From Runella sp. (GTDB lineage Bacteria; Bacteroidota; Bacteroidia; Cytophagales; Spirosomataceae): 64,000 nucleotides of DNA. The notes under the pieces are model-generated. The model was not told where the DNA came from. It searched no databases and was given only the letters and a program-made list of their open reading frames with translations. The stretch's first letter is position 1; each line of letters begins with the position of its first letter. Of the stretch, positions 49,812 through 58,837 are shown one piece after another. The stretch covers positions 9,173 through 73,172 of the forward strand of contig JALQYJ010000101.1 of the NCBI GenBank assembly GCA_023254175.1. Reading direction: 5' to 3'. Position numbers and translations under genes: made by a program.

Positions 49812-50825
49812 TTACCTTCCCAATCCAGCTAATACTACCCTAATGGTACGTAAGATAATCTTAAAGTCAAACCAAAACGATTGGTTTTTGATATAGTACA
49901 TATCGTATTTGTGTTTCCACATACCATCTTCGATTGATGCCCCATAGGGATATTTTACTTGAGCCCAGCCAGTCAATCCAGGTTTGATGACGTGCCTAAA
50001 CTCATAGTAGGGAATTGCGGTTTTCAACATTTTGATAAAAACTGCCCGTTCGGGGCGAGGGCCAATGAGTGACATTTCACCTCGCAAGACATTAAATAAT
50101 TGAGGTATTTCATCAATACGTGTTTTACGAATAAATGTACCAACTTTGGTAGCACGAGGGTCATTTTGTTGTGCCCACTGAGCGCCGTTTGCTTCGGCGT
50201 TAGCGGTCATTGAGCGAAATTTAATAACCTCAAACTCAATGTTATAAAGCCCGACTCGCTTTTGACGGTAGAAAATAGACCCTTTCGATTCTAGGCGTAT
50301 GGCAATTGCGGTGACCAACATCACAGGAGACAGAATCGTTAGTAGTATACTGGCATAAATGATGTCAAAAAAGCGTTTAGTCGCAATTTTAGCACGATTT
50401 CTAAGCACCGAAAACGCTTCTTTGTTTAGAAAATAATCGCCGTTGAGCAGACTTATTTCAGTATATTTATTTTTGGACTCTAGAAAATCAACAAGAGGCA
50501 TCACTGTGACCCCATACTCAATATTTCTCAATAAGAATTCTCGTTCTAAATTATCAATGTAGGCTGCGTTGTAGTACGTGATAGTTTCTTGCCGCTTAAA
50601 AATTTGCTCACATTGGTTGAAGAAAGGAATATACGGGTAATTTTGGAGTACTTCTGTAATCAAAGGAATGCTTGAGTTGGGGCATACGATATACAATGGT
50701 TGTAACTCTGGCATAGAAGAAAGAGACTGACTATGATTAGCGGGAGAAGTAGGATATTTGGTAGAATCTTCCAAAGAAATATCTTCAAAGTCAGTAGAAA
50801 AATTTTCAGCTCCAATCTCCTTCAT
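49812..50825 (-). CDS. Polyprenyl-phosphate sugar-1-phosphate transferase (bacterial sugar transferase)
   Basis: KRFFDI, FYRQKRVG, KFRSM, RKTRIDEIPQL.NVLRGEMSLIGPRPER, KPGLTGWAQV. Confidence 0.92.
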   Translation of the reverse strand: MKEIGAENFSTDFEDISLEDSTKYPTSPANHSQSLSSMPELQPLYIVCPNSSIPLITEVLQNYPYIPFFNQCEQIFKRQETITYYNAAYIDNLEREFLLRNIEYGVTVMPLVDFLESKNKYTEISLLNGDYFLNKEAFSVLRNRAKIATKRFFDIIYASILLTILSPVMLVTAIAIRLESKGSIFYRQKRVGLYNIEFEVIKFRSMTANAEANGAQWAQQNDPRATKVGTFIRKTRIDEIPQLFNVLRGEMSLIGPRPERAVFIKMLKTAIPYYEFRHVIKPGLTGWAQVKYPYGASIEDGMWKHKYDMYYIKNQSFWFDFKIILRTIRVVLAGLGR

Positions 50826-50896
50826 ATTGTACTTTTTTTAGAAAAACACCTTTAAATTTTTAAATTATAAGATAATTTTTATCCTTTGAAGAGGTT

Positions 50897-50904
50897 CAAA
50901 GATA
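50897..50904 (-). promoter_or_regulatory. -7 promoter box for the sugar transferase-wzi-wzi genes
   Basis: Minus strand reads TATCTTTG. Confidence 0.5.
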
Positions 50905-51023
50905 AATGTCATTTTTGTAAAAACCAAAGAGGTTGATAACCGTTAAATAACTTTCTGAGTGTCTACTAACAGAAGGATTTGAAGAAAGTGATTCAAAATC
51001 TTGTTGTAATCACAGCGGGCAAT

Positions 51024-51031
51024 TACTTTTG
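51024..51031 (+). promoter_or_regulatory. -7 promoter box for rmlC
   Basis: TACTTTTG, ~20 nt before the start. Confidence 0.45.
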
Positions 51032-51051
51032 TAAAAAAGGCATTGCAATTC

Positions 51052-51624
51052 ATGAATACTACCGCTATCTCAAAATCTACTCAAGTCTCAGGTAAACAAC
51101 TTCACCAAGTACAATTGGTATCGTTGAAAGAACATAAAGATTACCGAGGGTCTTTTACCGAAATTTTCCAAGAGCATTGGGGTACCGTACTAAAACCTGT
51201 ACAATGGAGTGTTGTAAGGTCAGAAGCAAAAGTATTTCGCGGGATGCATTACCATCAACGTCACGACGAATATTTTTGTCTCATTGAGGGGCATTGTGTT
51301 CTTGGTTTGAGAGATTTACGTGCGGGCTCTCCTACTCAGCATCAGTCTGCTTTATTTGAACTATTTGGCGATGACCCCGCAGCCCTTATTTTTCCTAAAG
51401 GTATGTTGCATGGTTGGTATTTTCACACACCTGCCCTCCATATCCAGTCGGTTTCAGAAGCTTATGTAGATTATGGAGGTGATGATAACTGGCGATGTGC
51501 TTGGGATGATCCTGAGTTAGAGCTTCCTTGGGATATTGAGACGCCTATTTTGACAGAAGCAGCTTCTAGCGCGCCTTCTTTGCGTACTCTAATTTCCGCT
51601 TTAGAGAGTAAAGGCTATATGTAA
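51052..51624 (+). CDS. rmlC: dTDP-4-dehydrorhamnose 3,5-epimerase family (RmlC cupin)
   Basis: DYRGSFTE, VFRGMHY, LRAGSPT, HGWY, WDDPEL...W. Confidence 0.8.
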   Translation: MNTTAISKSTQVSGKQLHQVQLVSLKEHKDYRGSFTEIFQEHWGTVLKPVQWSVVRSEAKVFRGMHYHQRHDEYFCLIEGHCVLGLRDLRAGSPTQHQSALFELFGDDPAALIFPKGMLHGWYFHTPALHIQSVSEAYVDYGGDDNWRCAWDDPELELPWDIETPILTEAASSAPSLRTLISALESKGYM

Positions 51625-52426
51625 GTTTGGTTTGGACAAAAGGAATGAGTTCGGACAGTGTTTTTCCCTTTATCCGAATCCAGTCACTTTGCAAGGCGGC
51701 ACGTTCATCTAATAGGGTTTGTAAAGCATCTGTTCGTAACTTACTCAAAAAAGCAGTATCAGTAAGTTTGGCCTCCCATTCTTTGAGTTCCTCAATTCTT
51801 TTTTCGGTGGGAATACCTGGATAAGTAGCCCCTCTTTTGAAATAAAGAACGGTAGCTTCACTTCCAAAAAAAGGCTGGTAATCAGGGTGTTCCATAAATT
51901 GTGCCCACATATAGTCGTCGGTGAATATTTCGGGAGGTGTAGTACGCCATCCATAAGGTAACTTTTGGTAAAATTCGTAAGTATGGGCTACTGCTGAAAA
52001 GACAAAGTGCTGACGAGCATTGGAGTACCCGTAACGAATTTCACCATTTTGAAAAAGCCGAAAGTAGTTAGAAGAAACAAAATTGCCTTTTTCAAATAAA
52101 GTTAGCAATGTTTCAAGATGAATGGGCAACCACAAATCACGGTCTAAAAGATAAGCTATATATTTTCCTTGGGCGTTTTGGGTAAGTACTTGATGCCGAT
52201 TGGGCTCACCTCTGCGGATGTGTTTTGGGAAGTCGAAAAACTTGATTCTGCCGTCTTTGCTGATAAGTTCTTTAATCACCCTTCTGGTAAACTCATTGAC
52301 GCCATCACCAACAATAAGTAGCTCAAAATCAGTAATGGTTTGCTTAAGGACACTACTTACAGAATAGGGAAGTAAAAACCCTCGGTCGTTGGTGGTAGGC
52401 AGAAGAATAGAAAAACGAGGACTCAT
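51566..52426 (-). CDS. Glycosyltransferase family 2
   Basis: FSILLPT, SVLKQTITDFELLIVGDG, GKYIAYLLDRDLW. Confidence 0.85.
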   Translation of the reverse strand: MSPRFSILLPTTNDRGFLLPYSVSSVLKQTITDFELLIVGDGVNEFTRRVIKELISKDGRIKFFDFPKHIRRGEPNRHQVLTQNAQGKYIAYLLDRDLWLPIHLETLLTLFEKGNFVSSNYFRLFQNGEIRYGYSNARQHFVFSAVAHTYEFYQKLPYGWRTTPPEIFTDDYMWAQFMEHPDYQPFFGSEATVLYFKRGATYPGIPTEKRIEELKEWEAKLTDTAFLSKLRTDALQTLLDERAALQSDWIRIKGKTLSELIPFVQTKLTYSLYSLKRKLEYAKKAR

Positions 52427-52443
52427 TGGAGTGGTTACTAGTG

Positions 52444-53334
52444 TTATAAAGCAAGTTGATGAAGCGTAGTTAGAATTTCAATGGTTTGAATTCCCTCTTG
52501 AAAATTGGAAATAGGCGCAGGTCCTCCCTTTAAAAATGCTAAAAATGCTTCAAGCTCTTTTTTTAAAGGTGAGGTAGTATCAAAAAAGCGGCGTTCTGTT
52601 TTTACAGACGAAGCGTATGTAGTATCGTTACCATAGAAGATGTCGATATAATCAACTTTCTCATCAGTCAAAACTGCAATTCCTTCGGTGCCATGTAGTC
52701 GCACTTCGCGACGTTTATCGGAGTACCGATTAGATACTTCAATTTGAACAAAAGGTGAAGTTCCTAATAAGGCGGTCATTCCTCGTGCTACGTTGTTGTG
52801 CCATTCAATGACCGAAGACCGAGGTTGAGGAATATAACCGAGAATTTCGAGCGAAATAGTTAAGTCGTGGGGGGCCAAGTTCCAGATGCTATCGGTATCT
52901 GTTCGGGGGCTAGTCCAATTGCAACGATGCGTGTATAGAGCCGTTATAGCCCCAATTTCTTTATTTTTAGCAATCTGTCCAAGGAGTTGAATACCTGAAT
53001 GATACCTCCAAATATGCATCATATAAAGAGGGAAAGACTTAAATTTTTTCAGTGCAACAGCATCTTCTAGTGACGTAACCAGTGGTTTTTCAATAAAAAC
53101 GGGTATGCCCCAAGGAACTATATGTTCCAAAATTGCCCGATGAGTAGCAGATGGTGAAGCCACGATGATTCCATCTACGGATTGTAATTCTTGAAGTGAA
53201 TTAACAAAAAAATGCGAAAACTCTTTTTGTGTGTCAGGGTTGGGGTCGAAAATTTTTAGCGAAACCGACAGGCTAACTAGTTCTCGAATGATGTTTTTAC
53301 CCCAGATTCCAGCCCCTATGAGTCCAAGTATCAT
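52444..53334 (-). CDS. Gfo/Idh/MocA NAD-dependent oxidoreductase
   Basis: GLIGAGIWG, VASP..TH, IEKP, NLAPHDL. Confidence 0.85.
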   Translation of the reverse strand: MILGLIGAGIWGKNIIRELVSLSVSLKIFDPNPDTQKEFSHFFVNSLQELQSVDGIIVASPSATHRAILEHIVPWGIPVFIEKPLVTSLEDAVALKKFKSFPLYMMHIWRYHSGIQLLGQIAKNKEIGAITALYTHRCNWTSPRTDTDSIWNLAPHDLTISLEILGYIPQPRSSVIEWHNNVARGMTALLGTSPFVQIEVSNRYSDKRREVRLHGTEGIAVLTDEKVDYIDIFYGNDTTYASSVKTERRFFDTTSPLKKELEAFLAFLKGGPAPISNFQEGIQTIEILTTLHQLAL

Positions 53335-54699
53335 TTATTTACCTTGTTTTTTAATCATGATAACCATTGTCTTCATAATTAACCACATGTCGAAGAAAAA
53401 CGAGATTTTGTTTAAATAGAGCAAATCATAGCGCAGTCGGCGTCTAATTTCGTCAGGTGATCCAGCATAACCGAATTTAACCTGTCCAATAGAAGTAATG
53501 CCAGGTTTTACGGAAAGGATGAGTTTAAAATCTTCAGGAGATTCGTCCATTAGCGTTTTAACATCATAATCTGCTAGGGGGCGTGGGCCTACTACTGACA
53601 TATCTCCTCGTAAGACATTGTAAAACTGGGGAAGTTCATCAAGGCGTGTTTTTCGTAAAAACCGCCCCCAAGGCGTAATTCTTTTATCGAGGACACCTTC
53701 AGAATGCCCTAGCCTTGCACCAACAAACATGCTACGAAACTTGTAAATTCTAAACTTTTTCCCCCATTGCCCTGTTCTTTCCTGGGCGAAAATAATAGGC
53801 CCTTTTGAGGTTAACTTGGTTACTAACCCAAGAGTGATAAAAATCGGAGCTCCAAAAATCAAAACACAACTAGAAAAAATGACGTCGAAGAGTCGCTTAC
53901 TTATATATTCCCGTGAATAATCTAAGAATTCCGAAGACAGAGAAATTACTGGGGTAATGCCATGAAACTCAAGCGATGGCGCTTGGCTAAAGAAAAAAGC
54001 AAAATCAACAACAAGCTTAACCTTATAAGAAGCATTCGTTGATTTTTCAATGATATCTTTCAAAAGAGGATGCCCTACCCGTGGAATACAACAATAAACG
54101 GTATCAATTTGATTAGTACCCAGAACTTGTTTCAAAACATCGTAGTCACCTCTAATGGTATTTGTGTTTTGGGAAGTAATTTCATCAAAATAACCATAAA
54201 ATTTATAACCAAACTCGGGGTGTTGATCATAAAAACGTTTAATCCTTTGCGAAGTATCGTTGTAGCCAATGATTACATAACTAAGCGTATTATTCCCATT
54301 GGCTCGGTAAATTTTAAGTAGAACTACCGCTGCGGTTCTCCAAACGCAGCCCAAAAACCAGAAAAACAAAAAAGTGTAAAATAATTGAAGCCGAGGCAAA
54401 TGGAGGTCTTGAAAAATCATCCAAATGAAAATACCAAAGGCTGCAAATAGTAATACCGACATTAAGTGCCTGTAAATGAGGGTAAAAACGTGAAATTTCA
54501 GGCGCACGTGTCGATAGGGGCGTAATAGACCAACTACAAAAAGCCAACAGAGACTTAAAAGAAAAAATAAAAAGAGATTTTGTTGGTATTGATCTGAAAA
54601 AGAGGAATTTACCAAAATAAGCCCCATTGCAAATGAGAAACTCAACGTAATGAGATCGAAAAGAAGCTGAAAAGGGCGAAACAGTAAAATCTTATTCAT
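53335..54699 (-). CDS. Undecaprenyl-phosphate glucose phosphotransferase-like (WcaJ type)
   Basis: N-terminal TM helices, GYKFYGYFD CoA-like domain, KRLFD, KFRSM, RKTRLDELPQFYNVLRGDMSVVGPRP. Confidence 0.9.
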   Translation of the reverse strand: MNKILLFRPFQLLFDLITLSFSFAMGLILVNSSFSDQYQQNLFLFFLLSLCWLFVVGLLRPYRHVRLKFHVFTLIYRHLMSVLLFAAFGIFIWMIFQDLHLPRLQLFYTFLFFWFLGCVWRTAAVVLLKIYRANGNNTLSYVIIGYNDTSQRIKRFYDQHPEFGYKFYGYFDEITSQNTNTIRGDYDVLKQVLGTNQIDTVYCCIPRVGHPLLKDIIEKSTNASYKVKLVVDFAFFFSQAPSLEFHGITPVISLSSEFLDYSREYISKRLFDVIFSSCVLIFGAPIFITLGLVTKLTSKGPIIFAQERTGQWGKKFRIYKFRSMFVGARLGHSEGVLDKRITPWGRFLRKTRLDELPQFYNVLRGDMSVVGPRPLADYDVKTLMDESPEDFKLILSVKPGITSIGQVKFGYAGSPDEIRRRLRYDLLYLNKISFFFDMWLIMKTMVIMIKKQGK

Positions 54700-54780
54700 T
54701 TATAAACTCACTAATGATTTTTTGCCAGTAATAGAACAAACGCCACCCTCAATAATCTAAAGCTTAGAATGATACAAGCA

Positions 54781-54788
54781 CAAAGGTA
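54781..54788 (-). promoter_or_regulatory. -7 promoter box upstream of the WcaJ-like gene
   Basis: Minus strand reads TACCTTTG. Confidence 0.45.
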
Positions 54789-54794
54789 ACCATT

Positions 54795-55568
54795 TTAAGC
54801 ATTTTGTATGCTTATTTTGTGAGCAGATTTGTAGGGAGTTTTTTCTTTGTATCGAATCAAAATCATTAATAAGTAAAAACTTTTGAGGTATCTTTTTATA
54901 TATAGGCGAGGGTTAGATACACATCTTGCCAACCAACCTAAATACAGGCGGTCTATCCAAGCTGGAATAGGTACTTGCCTCTCTGTTTTAAAAGCGATTG
55001 CAGCACCCGTACAAATAATAGCTGGTTTAAATGACAAATTTTGACGCAAATACAGCCCAAGTTTTTCTTGAACACCTCCCCCAATATTGATTAAAACCCA
55101 GTGAGGTTGACTAGTCTCAATTAATTTAAGCAGCGTATTATCTTCTACTTGTTTTGGATAGATAGGTGCTGTATACATGAAATCGTCAGATACTCTGACG
55201 CCTTTTTCACGAAAAAGTAAGCGATTAGCTTCGCCCTCTTCATCGTTAGGGTTTATTAAAAAAAGTTTTTTAGAGCTTGATGAGATATGTTGGAGGAAAA
55301 AATTAATAAACTTTAATCCAGATAGTTTTTGGATAGAATTTCTGCGTAAAATCCAGTTCCAGATTAAGACCATATATCCGCTATCTGGAATGACAATATC
55401 AGAATTTAAAAGGGCATGATAGTAGTCCTTCTCTTTGAGAATATCCGCTAAATTAGGGGCAGCAGGCGCAGTCAGTAGTCCACCACAGCTTTCAAGTTGT
55501 CTAAAAACATCTTCTACTCGCCCAGTAAAAAATTGAATACCAAGTATTGAGATAGTATTTGTATTCAT
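54795..55568 (-). CDS. WecB/TagA/CpsF family glycosyltransferase (GT26)
   Basis: ALLNSDIVIPDSG, INIGGGVQEK, CTGAAIAF, LGWLAR. Confidence 0.85.
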   Translation of the reverse strand: MNTNTISILGIQFFTGRVEDVFRQLESCGGLLTAPAAPNLADILKEKDYYHALLNSDIVIPDSGYMVLIWNWILRRNSIQKLSGLKFINFFLQHISSSSKKLFLINPNDEEGEANRLLFREKGVRVSDDFMYTAPIYPKQVEDNTLLKLIETSQPHWVLINIGGGVQEKLGLYLRQNLSFKPAIICTGAAIAFKTERQVPIPAWIDRLYLGWLARCVSNPRLYIKRYLKSFYLLMILIRYKEKTPYKSAHKISIQNA

Positions 55569-55570
55569 AA

Positions 55571-56314
55571 TTAGATACTTACTCTTTTATATAGCATATC
55601 TAATTGAGGAATAACCAAATTACTGTCTAGTAGAGCGCCAACTGGAGCTACTAATTTAAAGCCTTTTTCTTTTAAATAGGAATTCATTTCATCAAAAAGT
55701 ATTTCGTTATCATACATAGAAATAAAAGATACTTCTAAAACTAAATAGTCTACCTTATTTAGAAAAAAAGCGGCTCCCTCTAAAACTTCTATTTCAAAAC
55801 CTTGTACGTCGAGTTTTAGTAAAATGGGTGAATTTATATCATGCTCAATGATTAAATCATCTAATCTTTTGCATTGTACTTTAATTTCGTGATATTGTTT
55901 TGTTTGAGGTATATATTCTTGTTGATAATTACTGACTTTAAGCGCAGAACTAGCATGACTATGCTCATTTTGAAAAAAAGAAATCTCGCCATTCTGGTTA
56001 CCTAAAGCAAGATTGTAAAGGTAAACATTAGAAATATTTTTTAAATTTTCAGTAAGACCTTTAAAGCTAGAGGGTACAGGTTCAAAACTATAAATGGTGG
56101 CTTTGGGATAAAAGCGATGAGAAGCTAAGGTAAACTGACCTATATTAGCCCCAACATCAATGATTGTACAAATATCTGGCACTAATTTGGATAAAACATT
56201 CAGTATGTTAAATGATGATATTGAGGCATTTTTTTGCAAGAGATAATTCATTCCACCTTTTTGATGGAATAAAATTTTTAATATTTCAACGATTTTTGAG
56301 ATTTTAATAATCAT
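55571..56314 (-). CDS. FkbM family methyltransferase
   Basis: IDVGANIGQF, SFEP, LLKLDVQGFEIEVLEG; start refined to ATG at 56314. Confidence 0.88.
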   Translation of the reverse strand: MIIKISKIVEILKILFHQKGGMNYLLQKNASISSFNILNVLSKLVPDICTIIDVGANIGQFTLASHRFYPKATIYSFEPVPSSFKGLTENLKNISNVYLYNLALGNQNGEISFFQNEHSHASSALKVSNYQQEYIPQTKQYHEIKVQCKRLDDLIIEHDINSPILLKLDVQGFEIEVLEGAAFFLNKVDYLVLEVSFISMYDNEILFDEMNSYLKEKGFKLVAPVGALLDSNLVIPQLDMLYKRVSI

Positions 56315-57143
56315 TTTTTTTTTGTATGTAAAGCCCATCTATGATAATCCTAAACCAAAGACATTGTAAAAAGTGATATATAAAGCCAATTTTACCATCT
56401 AAAAATCCAAAGTAAAGGAAATAACGATAGAAAAAAAAGAAAAAAGATCGCCAAATAAGAGGGAGTCTGTAGTAAAACTTGTTTTTCAAAAACCTTTTTT
56501 GCTCTATCACATTACCAGTTATTTTCTCTTGAACATCCCCTTTCGTATGAGAACCTTCTAATAAATCGTTAGACTCCTTGACAGCCCAGCGATTATGTTT
56601 ATCGATAAATTCAGTAATATCATCTCCACTGTTATCAATGATGTCAATACCTAAAGGTAATTTTTTTACTTTACCAGCGACTACAAAGTGCTGATCGTAA
56701 GATTTATTTTCGCAATAACCCTTTGATTTTTTAAATAGTCTCAAGTGATAATTTGGATACATTGCGCCGTATTTTATCCACTTTCCCAAAAAGTACACTC
56801 TTCTACTAAAGATAAAACCATCCCAAATGGTACACTCTTCTTCAAATTTATTATTTATCCAAGTGATAAACTCACTGGTTAGTATTTCTCCTGCATCAAT
56901 ATGAAGAACCCATTCAGTTTTTATAGGACAATTATTTTGAGCCCAATTCCTTTGATCTGCATAGTTTTTAAAAGGATTTTGTAAAATTTGAACAGGGTAT
57001 GAACTTAAAATTTCAAGCGTTTTATCCGTAGAAAAAGAATCAACAATGAAAATGTCTTTACTTACAAGAAATGCTTTTTCTAAACAGAGCTTTATATTAT
57101 TCTCTTCATTATAGGTAAGAATTATAATACTAAAATTTGTCAT
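56304..57143 (-). CDS. Glycosyltransferase family 2
   Basis: IIILTYNEE, VDSFSTD.T, F.NYADQRNWA, WVLHIDAGE, KHNRWA. Confidence 0.9.
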   Translation of the reverse strand: MTNFSIIILTYNEENNIKLCLEKAFLVSKDIFIVDSFSTDKTLEILSSYPVQILQNPFKNYADQRNWAQNNCPIKTEWVLHIDAGEILTSEFITWINNKFEEECTIWDGFIFSRRVYFLGKWIKYGAMYPNYHLRLFKKSKGYCENKSYDQHFVVAGKVKKLPLGIDIIDNSGDDITEFIDKHNRWAVKESNDLLEGSHTKGDVQEKITGNVIEQKRFLKNKFYYRLPLIWRSFFFFFYRYFLYFGFLDGKIGFIYHFLQCLWFRIIIDGLYIQKKNDY

Positions 57144-57455
57144 TGATTTTGTATATTATATGCTTTTATTACATGGTTTGAATAAAATAAAATTGACCTA
57201 GAGTGCCAATTATTGTTTAATACTATTAAAATCGAATCGCCAGTACACATTCTATAAAAAACCTAAATAAGAATCACAGAGAGAGGAGGCTTCAAAACTC
57301 ATTGGCGGGTGTACCTTTTGCCACTTTTAAAAGCCTCGCCTTTGAATATCCATCAAGAGACATTTGTTGTTTTAAGTAACAAAGCAAAGTTAACCGTTAT
57401 TTGCCAATCGTACTGATTTACCTTGTCTTCAAATAGGTTTATTTTTTGCAAATTG

Positions 57456-57487
57456 CAAACTTAGAAAAGTACAAGTTGGTTTGCAAG
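57456..57487 (-). promoter_or_regulatory. Internal promoter in the polysaccharide locus (-33/-7)
   Basis: Minus strand CTTG-N20-TAAGTTTG, overlapping an 8-bp inverted repeat TTGCAAAC (57453-57460)/GTTTGCAA (57479-57486). Confidence 0.5.
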
Positions 57488-57703
57488 TTTTTGATTACAA
57501 ATTGTATTACCTTCGATGTAAACTGTTCTGTGTCTTCTTGCTCTAAGCCGTAGTCATTTTCAAATAGAAGTATTGTCTCGTCCCCGATGGAGTGGGGGAG
57601 TGAAGACGAATGCGAGATATGGTATATCCGAGGAGTGGTACGATTTACTAAAAAATCAAAATCTCTACTTTAACTTGGTAACGCCTTGAGGGAGCAGAAC
57701 ATT

Positions 57704-58837
57704 TTAGGTATTATGAACTGATGAGTAAAGTTGTAACCATTTATTGATATTATTGTGTATATCTAATTCATTTTTTACCAGTTGGTAAGAATTATTTATA
57801 TATTTTTGATAAACATCACTAGGCATTTGTATAATTTGGTCAATCGTTTTCGCTAAAGTATGGCTTGTATTATCAACCCAAAATCCAGCTTGATATTCTT
57901 GTAAATTTTGCCAAGGACTATAAATAGATGCAACGACCGGTGTGCCTTGAGACAATGCTTCTGCTGTAACAATCCCGAAATTTTCGGAAAAAGAAGGCAT
58001 AAAAAGAAAGTAAGCTTTCGCTATTATCTTTTGTTTCTCTTCTCCCTCTACATGACCAATAAACACTACTTTGTTGTTTAAGTCAAGAGACTTATGTAAC
58101 TCTAACATTTGTCTCCCATAGTCATTATTGTAATCTCCAGCAATTTTTAAAGTAAAGTTTGAAGAAATAAAAAGGCTAGATTTCTTCAAACTAATCAACA
58201 AATTATCAATTCCTTTTTTATCATGAAACCTCCCAATAAAAAGTAAATAATTTTCCTTTTGTACATGTACCTTTTCAGGAAGTATAACATAGTTTGTTAT
58301 GTTTATAATGTTAACATTATTTCCAAGCCTTTTCTTTATAAAAGCAACTTCTTCATTACTTGTTGCATGAAAAGTAATGTTTTTTGTGAATATTTTTATT
58401 ATAAATAAAGTTACTAATTTAAAAAATTTCATTTTTTTAAATTCAACGTCATCAACAGAACCTCGTGAAGACCAAATAATTTTTTTGTTGAAGAACTTAG
58501 CAATAAAAAAACAAAATATTGAAGGGGGATAAAAAATAGAAGATAATTGAACAATGTCACAATGTTTTATTTTTTTTAAAAATTCCTTAATAATAGGAAA
58601 GCCTAATTTATGATATTTATTTCTCAAATAAATTACTTTACCATAATCAGTATCTAACCATACATTTTCTGGAATTCTCCCAGTTGAAATACCATAAGTG
58701 GTTGTAATAGTTGTGATTTCAACTTTATCAGTACGGTAAAGACCTTTTAAAAGCCAATAAACAGAGAGACTGACCCCTCCGCTTTCATTTGGGTACAATG
58801 AACCAACCGGAAAGAGAATTTTAATTTTTGAGCTCAT
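57704..58837 (-). CDS. Glycosyltransferase family 4
   Basis: GGVSLSV, LFIGRFHDKKG, PSFSENFGIVTAEALSQGTPVV. Confidence 0.92.
   Translation of the reverse strand: MSSKIKILFPVGSLYPNESGGVSLSVYWLLKGLYRTDKVEITTITTTYGISTGRIPENVWLDTDYGKVIYLRNKYHKLGFPIIKEFLKKIKHCDIVQLSSIFYPPSIFCFFIAKFFNKKIIWSSRGSVDDVEFKKMKFFKLVTLFIIKIFTKNITFHATSNEEVAFIKKRLGNNVNIINITNYVILPEKVHVQKENYLLFIGRFHDKKGIDNLLISLKKSSLFISSNFTLKIAGDYNNDYGRQMLELHKSLDLNNKVVFIGHVEGEEKQKIIAKAYFLFMPSFSENFGIVTAEALSQGTPVVASIYSPWQNLQEYQAGFWVDNTSHTLAKTIDQIIQMPSDVYQKYINNSYQLVKNELDIHNNINKWLQLYSSVHNT

Noticed and set aside
57330-57450. IS1380-like transposase fragment (LFEDKVNQY...)
   Set aside because: Resemblance too weak to call by eye; mentioned only as a possibility in the intergenic finding
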